A stretch of 56,585 nucleotides of DNA from a virus. The stretch spans positions 1-56,585 of the IMG/VR virus record IMGVR_UViG_3300010043_000001; one strand, written 5' to 3'. Below are positions 42,228 to 52,002 of this stretch, piece by piece (the first letter of the stretch is position 1; each line of letters starts with the position of its first letter). The notes beneath the pieces were generated by a model. It was not told the origin of the DNA. It was given only the letters and a program-made list of their open reading frames with translations, and ran no database searches. The translations under genes were made by a program, and so were the position numbers.

Positions 42228-42662
42228 TCATACTCCTACCCATGCGGTTCCGTTCCATAGAGAAAACGCACCGCTGTCGGTCGCCAGAAATAAAAAGCCG
42301 GTGTCCAGATGCCCCAGATCCGTGGGCCGGTTCGCAGCCAGGGCCGTCATGATCCCGCTCGCGTAAAACCATTGCAGGTTGCTGCTCATGTCCGACATGC
42401 GGGCCTGATAAATGATTCCCGTGCGGTCAATTTCGAAGTAAAGCGAGCCTTCGGGAAAGCCGTTGGCGGTGTCCGTCTGGAGACGTTCCAGATGGGTACC
42501 GTTACTGGCTAGTTTGGCAACCTTGTTCGAGAGTTGGGATACAGTATCGCGCAGACTGTATACCAGCGAATAGGCTTGCGAGATTCCATGGGAGACCTGA
42601 CGGGGCACGTTCAGGCCGTTGAAGTTGGGAAACCAGGTACCGGTAGTAGGAGTAGTTGCCAT
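42228..42662 (-). CDS. Tail-fibre-associated protein (144 aa)
   Basis: Tracked ORF. The C-terminus LYFEIDRTG..Y...WFYASG...GFLFLATDSGAFSLWNGTAWVGV is fibre-tip-like. Confidence 0.55.
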   Translation of the reverse strand: MATTPTTGTWFPNFNGLNVPRQVSHGISQAYSLVYSLRDTVSQLSNKVAKLASNGTHLERLQTDTANGFPEGSLYFEIDRTGIIYQARMSDMSSNLQWFYASGIMTALAANRPTDLGHLDTGFLFLATDSGAFSLWNGTAWVGV

Positions 42663-42664
42663 GA

Positions 42665-45600
42665 CTAGATCCTAGCTCCGCTGGTACGAGAGAGATCGCC
42701 AAACGGGCTGATATTCTGGTATGGCCCGACGGAACCCCACTCCTTGACCCTCACTACCGTGTCCTTGAAAAACAGGCGCATCCCCACCCCAGGGGCCTCG
42801 AAACGGTAGCTGTGCCACTTGGCCTTGGACGGCCTGAGCACGCGATAGGCGCGAACGAACTGGCCACTGGTCACGAAATCCAGCGGGTAGGCGTCGGTGC
42901 CGTATTCGTTGGTGACATAGAAAGTCGGGATGCCCTCGCCGCCCATGTAGGCGATGAAGCAGTCGCGCAGGCTGTGCCAGCCGCCCATGTCGTGATCGGT
43001 CTCCTGGGTCTGCCATGTATTGGCCAGTTCGGGGATCGGCTCCCAGACTACCTTGGCTTCCTCCGGCCAGATGCGGCCTGGGGTGATGGTGGAAAACTGG
43101 ATGAAGTGCGCGACAAACGGCTGCTCGATGTTCAGCACCACCCCGGTTTTCTTGAGCGGCAAGGTGGATTTCGTCCAGCTTCTGGTAATGTTGTCGTCGT
43201 CGCCCCACAGCCCGACCGTGGTCTGCTGACCTCCGGTTTCCATGGGCAGCACAACACCCTGAATGAACTTTGACCCGGTGTCGCCCAGGCTGTTGAAGGG
43301 ATATTTCCGCGCCACCGTATCCGGCCAGGGTTCGAAGATCCACTTGATCTTGTACAACTGCCACTGCACATTCTGCGGGAAATTCATCTGCACCTGAAAC
43401 TCGTAACCGGCTATCGGTTCCCACCCGTAGGGCTTTTCGCTTTGGCCGTTGTGCTGCACGATGGGCTGCGCCACCAGATTGCCATCCACCAGGATGTTGA
43501 GTTGGAACGCGGTATTGTCGGTGTTGGCTTCCATGTTCATGCCCATCAGATATTTCGCCTGGAGCAGCCCCTCGTCGGTCTTGTCGGTGAAGCGGAAGGC
43601 AATAAACTCCGGCTTCATGACGAAACTGGGACTCCACTGGTTGAGGACCGGGGCGAACTGCCCGTCGGGCGGATTCCAGTGAATGTCGAGGCCCAGCGTC
43701 TGCTGCATAACGCCCAGGCCGTTGGTGGTCACGGTCTCGTCGAAATCGAGGATGAAGTCGTTGCGGGTGTTGAGCGGCCCCACGAAATCATGGGTCAGTG
43801 TAGATGCGTGGAAGTTGACTTTCGGCGCGATCACAAGCTGCACCAGCGGAGTGCAGTCGAGCCAGTAGTCCCCGAACAGCTTGTTGGCGCGGGGATCGCC
43901 CATGTCCTCCGCGCGGGTGATGATGCGGCTTTCGAAGCCCCTGGTGAAACCGAAGTAGTCGTAGATCCAGCCGCCCTGCGTGACCTTGAGTTTTGCCAGT
44001 CCATCTAGTATGTCGGGCAATTGCGGGTCCGGCACTTTGCGGATCACGTTATTGCTGATGTCGATGCCGCGAGCCACCGGATGCACGGTGTCCTGGAATG
44101 GTTGATCCAGGCTCACCCAGCCTTTGACTTGGATATCGTCCCAGACTAGCGTCGAGAACGTATTGCCCGCGTCGGTCCTAGCCACGAAGTCGTAGAAGAG
44201 CATCCCCATGAACCAGCAGGTGCGGTGATATTTGGGCTGCGAGTCGTCCAGGTTGCCCACATTCTCGGGCTGTTCGCTGCGGGCGTTGATGAACGGCATG
44301 ATGGTTTCGGGCGCGATCCCGAACTCGCCGTCGTGCGGGAAAAACGGATACAGATCGTCGGTGAGGCGGCGCAACCCGCTGGCGCTCCAGTCGTACAAGC
44401 CGTCTTTCCCTCTCCAGGTCACGCTCTGATCGGTGATGCCGTTGGACTGCACCGAAAGCGAGAACTCCAGCCAGAGGCCCTTGGCACCGGCCACTTCCTG
44501 CGTAGTAAATTGCCCGAATACCGTGAGACTGGGAAAGATCTGGAATTGCCGCTCGGTAGACCACACGAAGGGCTGGCCGTCGTAGACGCAGCCCGCCTGG
44601 AGTTTCTCGCTGGCATTGGTTACTACGATGTTATTGACTACATCCGTGCTGTCCGGGTCGTTGCCGTTCGTCCAGTACAATGTTCCCGGCGCGTTCGCAT
44701 CCCCGCACGCAAACAAGTAACTGGCACTCACTCCCAATCCGTACGGTCCCCATAGATGCGGCAATGGCTGGCCAGACATGAGCGTGCCTGCCGGGATCGA
44801 CCATGTGTATAAGCCGAAGCCGCCCGGTTGCAACTGTTGCTGGGGATCTTCGCTGAGTTCGATCACAGTGGGCGAGATCACCTGAAAAATGCTGAAGCGG
44901 ATGCCATTGACGATGATGGTGGAGCCGGGGAGCCAGTTGAGATTGAAAGGCGTAGGTTGCCCCGGCTGGACCGGCGGCTGCGGAGTAATAATCCAGGCTC
45001 CGTTGGGCTGCGGAAACGCCTCGACGACTCCCGCATGAGCCACATCCTGAGTCACGAAGGGTTGGAAAAGATTGAACCGGGTCAGCCCGGTGACGGGATC
45101 GGTCGCCTGGGGCGGACTAGGGGCGGCTAGTAACGACAGGTCCGAGGCGTTGTCCGTGAACTGGCTTCCGCCGGGAGCGCTTCCGACCAGCGCCCAGCGG
45201 GCCACGTTGCCGCCGAAGCGATAGATGTCGATCACTACGTGGCTATCCGGCTGGAAAGGCGGCTGCGGATCGGGCGGGGCATTGGGCAGAGTCAGGGTCA
45301 CGCTGCCGTTGGTTACGGTAGTTGCCGGATGCAGGATGTTGAACCGGGTCGGAGCCGAAGGATTGCTTTTGGCACCGGTTCCGGTTCGCCGGTACGCATA
45401 GACCCACTGGTAATCGCCGTTGAGATTGCCCTGCAGACCGGGCGCACCGCCGTCGTTGTTCACCTGCACCACATTGTTCTGCACCGGAGGACGCAGACCC
45501 ATCGACAGAGCGCGTCCCATGGTGCCGCCCTGCGTGTCGGTAGGGTAGTAACCCGCCGTCACCATCTGCTTGGAGTCCCCGATGTATTTCCACGATGCGC

Positions 45601-46024
45601 CGCCGCCCACCGGCTGCATATCCACGATGGATAGGGGGTTGCCGCTGAATACCTGGAACTGCCCGGTCGGAGTCCACACCGGATTGAAGCCGAACTGAGG
45701 GATGAGCGTCTGTGCGTTCTGGAAAATGTGCAGTTCGGTGTCCGCGCCCATCACCCAGGTCTCTTTGAGGTTCGTATCGTAAGCCGGGTTGTTGATATTC
45801 AGCCGGGAGATGGAATGCTGATAAACGTAGCCGGTGTTGGGAAACGGCTGGCCGTCCAGGCCGCTGGCGACGGTGTGGCCGTCGGCGCTGGTCACCGTAC
45901 CCTGCTCCTTCACCCGGATATTTTTCGCCCACGGAACCTGCCCGTCCTGCAACTTATCGACCGGGTTATTCCAATTCATGCCGCGATGCAGAAACGGAAT
46001 GGTCTTGCGCTGGTAATCCGGCAT
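42665..46024 (-). CDS. Large tail/virion structural protein (1119 aa)
   Basis: Tracked ORF and the largest gene, sitting between the fibre and spike genes. Confidence 0.7.
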   Translation of the reverse strand: MPDYQRKTIPFLHRGMNWNNPVDKLQDGQVPWAKNIRVKEQGTVTSADGHTVASGLDGQPFPNTGYVYQHSISRLNINNPAYDTNLKETWVMGADTELHIFQNAQTLIPQFGFNPVWTPTGQFQVFSGNPLSIVDMQPVGGGASWKYIGDSKQMVTAGYYPTDTQGGTMGRALSMGLRPPVQNNVVQVNNDGGAPGLQGNLNGDYQWVYAYRRTGTGAKSNPSAPTRFNILHPATTVTNGSVTLTLPNAPPDPQPPFQPDSHVVIDIYRFGGNVARWALVGSAPGGSQFTDNASDLSLLAAPSPPQATDPVTGLTRFNLFQPFVTQDVAHAGVVEAFPQPNGAWIITPQPPVQPGQPTPFNLNWLPGSTIIVNGIRFSIFQVISPTVIELSEDPQQQLQPGGFGLYTWSIPAGTLMSGQPLPHLWGPYGLGVSASYLFACGDANAPGTLYWTNGNDPDSTDVVNNIVVTNASEKLQAGCVYDGQPFVWSTERQFQIFPSLTVFGQFTTQEVAGAKGLWLEFSLSVQSNGITDQSVTWRGKDGLYDWSASGLRRLTDDLYPFFPHDGEFGIAPETIMPFINARSEQPENVGNLDDSQPKYHRTCWFMGMLFYDFVARTDAGNTFSTLVWDDIQVKGWVSLDQPFQDTVHPVARGIDISNNVIRKVPDPQLPDILDGLAKLKVTQGGWIYDYFGFTRGFESRIITRAEDMGDPRANKLFGDYWLDCTPLVQLVIAPKVNFHASTLTHDFVGPLNTRNDFILDFDETVTTNGLGVMQQTLGLDIHWNPPDGQFAPVLNQWSPSFVMKPEFIAFRFTDKTDEGLLQAKYLMGMNMEANTDNTAFQLNILVDGNLVAQPIVQHNGQSEKPYGWEPIAGYEFQVQMNFPQNVQWQLYKIKWIFEPWPDTVARKYPFNSLGDTGSKFIQGVVLPMETGGQQTTVGLWGDDDNITRSWTKSTLPLKKTGVVLNIEQPFVAHFIQFSTITPGRIWPEEAKVVWEPIPELANTWQTQETDHDMGGWHSLRDCFIAYMGGEGIPTFYVTNEYGTDAYPLDFVTSGQFVRAYRVLRPSKAKWHSYRFEAPGVGMRLFFKDTVVRVKEWGSVGPYQNISPFGDLSRTSGARI

Positions 46025-47506
46025 CTAAGTCCACTCCACCCAGGTATTGATCACGGGCGGGAAAGCCCCGACGGTTTGCACATTACACGAGTAATACCAA
46101 CCGGGGAGAACCCAGAATGACATCATCATGATCAAGGTGAAGGCGTCGGACACACTGGCAATGGTCGCAACCGGAGCACCCGGCGGATTAGCGGAATCAG
46201 CAAAGCAGGTACAATCATCACCCGGTGCCAGATTCACGGCTATATTCACAAACATCGGTCTGCCGGTGGTGTTCTGATAAACCGTGTCGAAGAACCGATA
46301 TTGATGGAATCCGGGCCATACCTGAACCTGCTGGTCACTGATGACCGGCGGGCGGGTCGGAGTATTCGCGACTGCTGTCAGGATGCCGTTATTGTAGGTG
46401 TACTGATACCAGAAACCGTCGGGAGCAAAGGCATTGAAGATCGCGTTCTGGCCGGGCAGCAGAGTAGTTCCGGCTACTGTCTGATAGAAGGTGGAAGTAA
46501 GTGTGCCCTCGATGTTGGCATTGCCGCGCCACTCCAATTGCCCCGCCTGAGTAATCCAGCCCAGATCGGTTCCGGTGGTATTACGGATATGCAGCACTCC
46601 AGCCGCATCGATGCACATCCACATTGCCGGGTCGCCCAGTTCGTCCGCCCATTGCACGCAGGGCGTTTCGACAGAACCTTTAATATTGGCGTTGCCGGAG
46701 ATGTTGAGACAGGCCGCATTCACGCATCCCTGCATGTTTACCGAACCGGTCCCGTAGAAACTATTCGCGATTACGTTGCCGATGGTATCGATATTTCCAT
46801 TGACTCCCAACGTCTCAACTTGTAATCGCCCGGTCTGATCCATTGACCCGATATCCGCGCCGCTGCTGTTGAGGATGTGCAGCTTTCCGCTGGAATCGGC
46901 GCAAAGGGAGAGCGACGGACCATTGTTCGAGTAGTGTACGCAGCGGGTGGTAACTTCTCCCGCTAATAGCATTCCCTGAATGTTGGCGGCACCGGAGATG
47001 TTCAGACAGGACGCGTTGACACAGCCGGTCACATCCAACTCCCCGTCGATTTTCACCGGCCCCTGAATTTCTAGCTGACAGCTAGCATTCATGTTGATCG
47101 TAAGCGGTGCGGGGCAGTTGGGATTTTCGAAGGTGAGGCATCCCAGGTTGAGAATGCAGTGCCCGTTGGCGTTCAGGTCGGCGCTGAAGGCGAAGGGATC
47201 GAAGAGCAGGATATCCGCTTTCGTCCAGGCCAGCAGGTTCTCGGTGCCGCCCTGCATGGTCACGTCATAACGGCCATCGCGAGCGTAGAACCACCAATAG
47301 CCGAACATATCGGCGGTGAACGGGTTCGACAGCGGAGTGGGCGGAACGTGATTGTCGTGGTAGATGGTCGCCAGTTGGATGGTGCCGGAGTTATAGACCG
47401 TCACCGTAGCGAACGGGAAGCTTCCCTGGACGACGTTCTGCGAGTGCAGCCCGTGCCACAGCACCAGCGTGTTTCCCTGCTCCGCGAATCCCTGACAGCG
47501 CTCCAT
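46025..47506 (-). CDS. Tail spike/fibre-like protein with an internal ~75-aa duplication (493 aa)
   Basis: Tracked ORF. The two repeat copies read CVNASCLNISGAANIQG...LCADSSGKLHILNSSGADIGSMDQTGRLQ and CVNAACLNISGNANIKG...MCIDAAGVLHIRNTTGTDLGWITQAGQLE. Confidence 0.65.
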   Translation of the reverse strand: MERCQGFAEQGNTLVLWHGLHSQNVVQGSFPFATVTVYNSGTIQLATIYHDNHVPPTPLSNPFTADMFGYWWFYARDGRYDVTMQGGTENLLAWTKADILLFDPFAFSADLNANGHCILNLGCLTFENPNCPAPLTINMNASCQLEIQGPVKIDGELDVTGCVNASCLNISGAANIQGMLLAGEVTTRCVHYSNNGPSLSLCADSSGKLHILNSSGADIGSMDQTGRLQVETLGVNGNIDTIGNVIANSFYGTGSVNMQGCVNAACLNISGNANIKGSVETPCVQWADELGDPAMWMCIDAAGVLHIRNTTGTDLGWITQAGQLEWRGNANIEGTLTSTFYQTVAGTTLLPGQNAIFNAFAPDGFWYQYTYNNGILTAVANTPTRPPVISDQQVQVWPGFHQYRFFDTVYQNTTGRPMFVNIAVNLAPGDDCTCFADSANPPGAPVATIASVSDAFTLIMMMSFWVLPGWYYSCNVQTVGAFPPVINTWVEWT

Positions 47507-48889
47507 TTAGGTTGTTGCCTTATTTTCCCTGGCTAAATTCTCCGGCCCGCGCGGAACCTCCTGCTGCTGGCGCAAAGCCGGTAACTGCATGGCGGTGCGA
47601 TAGAAGTTACCGCGCGTGAGGCGCGAGTTTTCTAACGCGGCGGCACGCAGAAAATTGCCGCGCAGCTTATCCGTGGCCTTGAACTCGTAGCCCGCCATTT
47701 TGAGACAGGCCAGGTGCTGCACATAATCCAGCAGCGGCGCTAGTGCGCCGCGATCCACCTGGATCAGATCCGTGTCCCGCACCGGCAGCGGGATATTCGA
47801 TACCAGATCCATGGTGATCCCGTATAACTGGTTCGGTATGGGTGCGAAGGCCACCAGATTCCGGCCCGCCATGCCCACAAACTGCGGCTGTCCGGGCTGC
47901 GCCTGCCATGAGGCCATGAACGAATCCATCTCGAACACGCTTCCCGTCCAGACCGGCACTCCGTCGATCCTGGTCATCAGCAAGGTGGGATTCAGCTTGT
48001 AGAGTTCCACCGATTCCTCGTACCGGCTTTCCGAGTAAATCGCCCGTTCCGGGTCGCGCATCGGGCCATCGGCGTTGAACAAATCGCTCAAAGCCCCGAA
48101 GATGACGCCCCATACATGATCTTCGGGGATCAGTAGCACGGTCGGGCTATGGAATACTTGCTGCGGACTAGCTCCGACCAGCGGCCCGCTCTCGACTACC
48201 AAGGTTTCCACCTGACCCGGATTTGCCGGCGGCGGATAGACCTCGATCCCGACCGGCGGCAGGGTGAACTTGCCCCAAACCAGCGGCTGCTGCGCGGGCG
48301 CGAGCGATCCAGGGAAGCGAAACGCCTGCATGGCATACTCGTCGTCGCGCCAGAGCGTGGTGTAGTTCAGGTTCTGGCTGTCCTTCCAGGCCGCGCGGCG
48401 CACATCGAGCACGCCCTCGGGCAGAAACAGCCGCGCCGCTGTCGGTCCCGTCTCCACGTTCTGAATGTGACGGTGTACGTTGGCCCCGGTATCGGTCAGC
48501 CAGCGGTTGATGCGGTTCTGGAGCGACTCCACGATCTGCTCGAACTGGAAATGCCCGGTGCCGTTCCAGGTCGCCGTCAGCGGCGGCTCCAGCAGGGTTG
48601 CCAGTACGCGTTCGATGAGTTCCCGGTCGGTCACGAACTGGCCCAGTTCGGGCACCACAAAATTCAGGTCCCAGAAGGCGCTGCCGTCGATCCCACCCCC
48701 GGCTTCGACATCGAAGGTGATGCGCTGCTTGAAGTAGCTGGTGAGGGCCTGCCATGTGCGGATGGCTTCGATGATGAGTTGGGTTAATTCGGGGATTGTC
48801 CAGTAGACGTAGGAAGGATCGAGAAGCCGCGCGGCCACTTCGGTCCGCGCGGCTCCGAGGCTCAAGAAAGTGTATCCCGGTTGTGCCAA
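47507..48889 (-). CDS. Virion structural protein (460 aa)
   Basis: Tracked ORF, contiguous with its neighbours. Confidence 0.65.
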   Translation of the reverse strand: MAQPGYTFLSLGAARTEVAARLLDPSYVYWTIPELTQLIIEAIRTWQALTSYFKQRITFDVEAGGGIDGSAFWDLNFVVPELGQFVTDRELIERVLATLLEPPLTATWNGTGHFQFEQIVESLQNRINRWLTDTGANVHRHIQNVETGPTAARLFLPEGVLDVRRAAWKDSQNLNYTTLWRDDEYAMQAFRFPGSLAPAQQPLVWGKFTLPPVGIEVYPPPANPGQVETLVVESGPLVGASPQQVFHSPTVLLIPEDHVWGVIFGALSDLFNADGPMRDPERAIYSESRYEESVELYKLNPTLLMTRIDGVPVWTGSVFEMDSFMASWQAQPGQPQFVGMAGRNLVAFAPIPNQLYGITMDLVSNIPLPVRDTDLIQVDRGALAPLLDYVQHLACLKMAGYEFKATDKLRGNFLRAAALENSRLTRGNFYRTAMQLPALRQQQEVPRGPENLARENKATT

Positions 48890-48893
48890 CTAA

Positions 48894-49628
48894 TTACCAT
48901 CGGCCCTGCTGCTGGCCACCACCCTGCTGCTGATGCTGACCGCCGCCCTGTACGGCTTGCAGAACCTGGGTGAGTTTCTGGTCGATCTGATAGAGCAACT
49001 GCATCTCCTGGCCCTGGCCGCCGCCGCCATACTGGCCCTGACCTCCGCTGCCGCTCTGCTGACCGCCACCCTGGCCCCAGCCGCCCTGTTGTCCCTGTCC
49101 ACCGCCCTGTTGTTGCTGTCCACCGCCCTGTTGACCACCGCCCTGCCAGCCGCCTTGGCCCTGACCGCCGCCCCCGCCATGCTGCTGTTGTCCGCCGCCG
49201 CCGCCCTGCTGACCCCAGCCGCCCTGTCCGCCCTGTTGCCCGCCCTGACCCTGCTGCTGGCCTTGGCCTTGTCCCCAACCGCCTTGTCCGCCCATCTGTC
49301 CTCCTCCTTGTTGTTGTTGACCCTGTTGACCTCCACCCTGACCGCCGCCCTGGCTGCCGGGAAACTGGCTGCCGCTGCCGCCGCCGGGATGGGCCTGCCC
49401 TCCACCCTGACCGCCGCCCTGTTGTTGCTGTTGCTGCTGCTGGGCCATCTGCTGAACTAGCTGTTTGATTTCTTCGAGATCTTTATCGATCTTCTGAATC
49501 TTTTCCTGTTCGCCCCCCTGACCGGGACGGGACTGTTGGGACTGCTGCTGACCGGCTTGTCCCGTCGGTTGCTGCTGGCCACCCTGCCCGCTTTGGCTCT
49601 GGCCGCTCTGTTGCGTCGTTGGCATCAC
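48894..49628 (-). CDS. Q/G/W-rich low-complexity protein with two short coiled-coil segments (244 aa)
   Basis: Tracked ORF. More than half of the residues are Q or G by eye. GGWGQ occurs three times and GGWQG once. Flanking segments are EKIQKIDKDLEEIKQLVQQM and EMQLLYQIDQKLTQVLQAVQ. Confidence 0.6.
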   Translation of the reverse strand: MMPTTQQSGQSQSGQGGQQQPTGQAGQQQSQQSRPGQGGEQEKIQKIDKDLEEIKQLVQQMAQQQQQQQQGGGQGGGQAHPGGGSGSQFPGSQGGGQGGGQQGQQQQGGGQMGGQGGWGQGQGQQQGQGGQQGGQGGWGQQGGGGGQQQHGGGGGQGQGGWQGGGQQGGGQQQQGGGQGQQGGWGQGGGQQSGSGGQGQYGGGGQGQEMQLLYQIDQKLTQVLQAVQGGGQHQQQGGGQQQGRW

Positions 49629-49638
49629 AAAATTACTC

Positions 49639-50004
49639 CTACAAGTTAGAAAAGTTAGTCCAATCCTGCCCTGACTGCTGGCCGGATAACTGCCGTACGA
49701 TAAGCTTGATCTGCGCCAGTTTGGTTATGACCTCGTCGATGGCATGCTTGCGTATGGCCCGTTCCGCTGCCAGACGGCTGCTGAGCAATGGAATCGGGGG
49801 AACCAGCGGTATCCCCGGCCCGTTCTTCACCACCTGCTGGGTGTTGAGATCGACGCGCGTCTCGATCCCGCTCGGCGGCATGGACCGGTCGAGCAGAACC
49901 GTGCAGTTGATGTAATTGGGATCGTCCAGCAGATCCACCAGACTTCCCTGAATGGTGACCGTGTCGCCAACGCTCACCTGTCTGCCGTATTGGTCGTTCA
50001 GCAT
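49639..50004 (-). CDS. Hypothetical virion-module protein (121 aa)
   Basis: Tracked ORF. Confidence 0.6.
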   Translation of the reverse strand: MLNDQYGRQVSVGDTVTIQGSLVDLLDDPNYINCTVLLDRSMPPSGIETRVDLNTQQVVKNGPGIPLVPPIPLLSSRLAAERAIRKHAIDEVITKLAQIKLIVRQLSGQQSGQDWTNFSNL

Positions 50005-50005
50005 G

Positions 50006-50215
50006 TTAGTACTTGACTACGCTCCCGCCGTTCATGGGCGACCGGATCGGGGCGCTCTCGCGGGCGATGCCGGGACGTGTGGTGTTGCGTGCGGTCGAAG
50101 GATTCAGGTTTAACTTACTTTCGTCTTTGACGAGGTTGTAACACATGGGGGTGCGGAGCGGTCCCACATGACCGGAAGTCTCGGCACCGTCTGCGGAATT
50201 AATGCTTTTCGCCAT
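50006..50215 (-). CDS. Hypothetical protein (69 aa)
   Basis: Tracked ORF. Confidence 0.5.
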   Translation of the reverse strand: MAKSINSADGAETSGHVGPLRTPMCYNLVKDESKLNLNPSTARNTTRPGIARESAPIRSPMNGGSVVKY

Positions 50216-50217
50216 TT

Positions 50218-50424
50218 TTACTTATCCTCCTCTTCCTCTTCTGATTCGCCCTCATCGGGCTGGGGGTCATCCTCTGGTTCCGGTTTTGGCTCCGGCTTCC
50301 GCTCCGGCGGCTTCTGCGCCGGAGGGGCCTGCTGGGTCGCAGCTTCTACCGGCGGGCCGGGAAGAAACGGAGTCGTGGTCTGGTGCTGATGAAATCGAAG
50401 TACTGCATTCAATACCGGGTCCAT
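50218..50424 (-). CDS. Hypothetical protein with P-rich middle and poly-acidic tail (68 aa)
   Basis: Tracked ORF ending ...PEPEDDPQPDEGESEEEEEDK. Confidence 0.5.
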   Translation of the reverse strand: MDPVLNAVLRFHQHQTTTPFLPGPPVEAATQQAPPAQKPPERKPEPKPEPEDDPQPDEGESEEEEEDK

Positions 50425-51474
50425 TTAGTAACCTCTGGGTAAAATGCTCGTAATGTCATGGCTCTGTAAGAACTGGCCGCCGAGCGGGAACATAAAGCCT
50501 TGTCCTTGTCTGGTCGGTATCAGCGGCATGAGTTCATCGTCCTGCTTGAAGCAGTTGATCATCGACAGGCGGTACTCGGCCATCTGCGTCTGCCGGTAAG
50601 CCACCCAGTTGGTCTGGCCGATTTCGGGAAAAGTATTTACATTGGCCAGTGCCCAGTCCGAAGCCAGACACTTGCTCTGGAACATCACCGCATCGGCCAG
50701 TTCATAGGCCATCTGCGGCAGGTTCACACTCGGCGACAGGTCCTGCCATCGGGTCCAGTAAGTGGCGTAGTAAGTGGTGAAGTTCACCGGATTGGGATAC
50801 AGTTCCATCACCGGCTGGCCCAGGCTGTTGTGACCGTAGTTAGCCATGATGTAGGCATCGCCCTGGCCCCCGCGCTGCGGATCGATGGCATTCAACTGCG
50901 CCTGCGACCAGTAGAGATTGGGGCCGAAGATGGAATAGCCCGCGTTGCGGTTGCTGATCACCTGATAGCGCACGAAGCGCAGATCCGGCTCCAGATCGAT
51001 GAACGGCGGCGGCGCGGGCGGGGCATAGTAGCACTTGAGCACCTGATAGGGCGCTCTGGTCACGGTAAATTCGCCGTAGGGGCGGTCGATAGTCAGAGTG
51101 TTGATGCCATCCCAGGCCACGATGTTGTAATTGGGGCCGGTCGGAGTGGAAATGCCGTTGGTGGAACCGACACGCAGTTGCCGACCGACCCCCAGCACGG
51201 GGCTGGCCAGTGGAGGATTGGCAATCGCCACCGCATTTAGCGCCGCCGCCGCCGCCGCGTCCGCCACTACCGTTTTCGAATCGAAGGTAGCGGTCACGCT
51301 GCCCGCCGTGATCCCGAAGGGTACGAACAGTTGCGCGTCGCTGACGAAATGAAACGACCACAGCCGCGAATCCCGCACGCGGTCCCAGGCGCGGTTGATC
51401 ACCTGCTGGGCATGCAGTGCGGAAATGCGCGGGACCGTGCCGACCAGTTCTGCGGTCAGGTCCGCGAATGCCAT
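50425..51474 (-). CDS. Virion structural protein (349 aa; adaptor or tail-proximal by position)
   Basis: Tracked ORF. The overlapping 221-aa frame is R/G-rich off-frame sequence. Confidence 0.65.
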   Translation of the reverse strand: MAFADLTAELVGTVPRISALHAQQVINRAWDRVRDSRLWSFHFVSDAQLFVPFGITAGSVTATFDSKTVVADAAAAAALNAVAIANPPLASPVLGVGRQLRVGSTNGISTPTGPNYNIVAWDGINTLTIDRPYGEFTVTRAPYQVLKCYYAPPAPPPFIDLEPDLRFVRYQVISNRNAGYSIFGPNLYWSQAQLNAIDPQRGGQGDAYIMANYGHNSLGQPVMELYPNPVNFTTYYATYWTRWQDLSPSVNLPQMAYELADAVMFQSKCLASDWALANVNTFPEIGQTNWVAYRQTQMAEYRLSMINCFKQDDELMPLIPTRQGQGFMFPLGGQFLQSHDITSILPRGY

Positions 51475-51596
51475 CAGGCCCTCTTGGTTCGCCGCCGCAG
51501 CCCACGGGCGCGGTTCGCCTGCTGCACGAACTGGTGGGCCGTGGTCGGAAGCTGCGAGGTCATGCGGACGGTCGCTTTACCTCTACGTCTCGCCAT
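51474..51596 (-). CDS. Arg-rich micro-protein (40 aa, MARRRGK...)
   Basis: Below the track cutoff. Manual translation: MARRRGKATVRMTSQLPTTAHQFVQQANRARGLRRRTKRA. A TGATG overlap joins it to the next gene. Confidence 0.4.
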   Translation of the reverse strand: MARRRGKATVRMTSQLPTTAHQFVQQANRARGLRRRTKRA

Positions 51597-51599
51597 CAG

Positions 51600-52001
51600 T
51601 TACCTGCCGATCCCCAGAAGGCGCAGCCGCGTCGTGGAAAGATTGGTTCCCGCCGCCGCCTGTCCCCCGGCAATGAGCATCCACACGAGCAACACCGCTT
51701 CCATGTCATCGCCCAGAAACAACCTCGGAACCGTCAGCGTGCCGCCCAGAGGGACAATTAGTCCAAAATACAGACCCAGGGGATTGGCCATCGCAACCAC
51801 GAAATCGAGCGCCTGAAGCCCGAAGTCCTGAGCGGTGACCCGCTGTGCGCCGCTGGGAGGCGTGGAGGGAGGACCAACCGCTCCCGGCACCAGTTGCACA
51901 TAGCTCAAGGGACCGGCGACATCGATGATGCTCCACGGCTGATCCCCCGGAACCTTGGGGAAGCTGAACCGCTTGAGCAGGTTGGTTGCGCTGGTAGCCA
52001 T
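51600..52001 (-). CDS. Hypothetical virion-module protein (133 aa)
   Basis: ATG 52001 (MATSATNLLKRFSFPKVPGD...) within ORF 51600..52100. The tracked start is a GTG that overlaps the Arg-rich micro-ORFs. Confidence 0.55.
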   Translation of the reverse strand: MATSATNLLKRFSFPKVPGDQPWSIIDVAGPLSYVQLVPGAVGPPSTPPSGAQRVTAQDFGLQALDFVVAMANPLGLYFGLIVPLGGTLTVPRLFLGDDMEAVLLVWMLIAGGQAAAGTNLSTTRLRLLGIGR

Positions 52002-52002
52002 A

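Noticed and set aside
39900-47506. A diversity-generating retroelement acting on fibre genes.
   Set aside because: No reverse transcriptase ORF exists anywhere in the genome, and I found no near-identical template/variable repeat pair. The similarity inside 46025..47506 is an ordinary diverged tandem duplication.
48862-49460. Alternative frames and antisense ORFs of the Q/G-rich gene (48862..49278, 48890..49405, 48933..49460).
   Set aside because: These are products of the same simple-sequence DNA read in other frames (poly-A/L, R/A/G-rich). Only 48894..49628 is bounded by the neighbouring genes with proper spacing and contains non-repetitive coiled-coil segments. Which frame is expressed still deserves proteomic confirmation.
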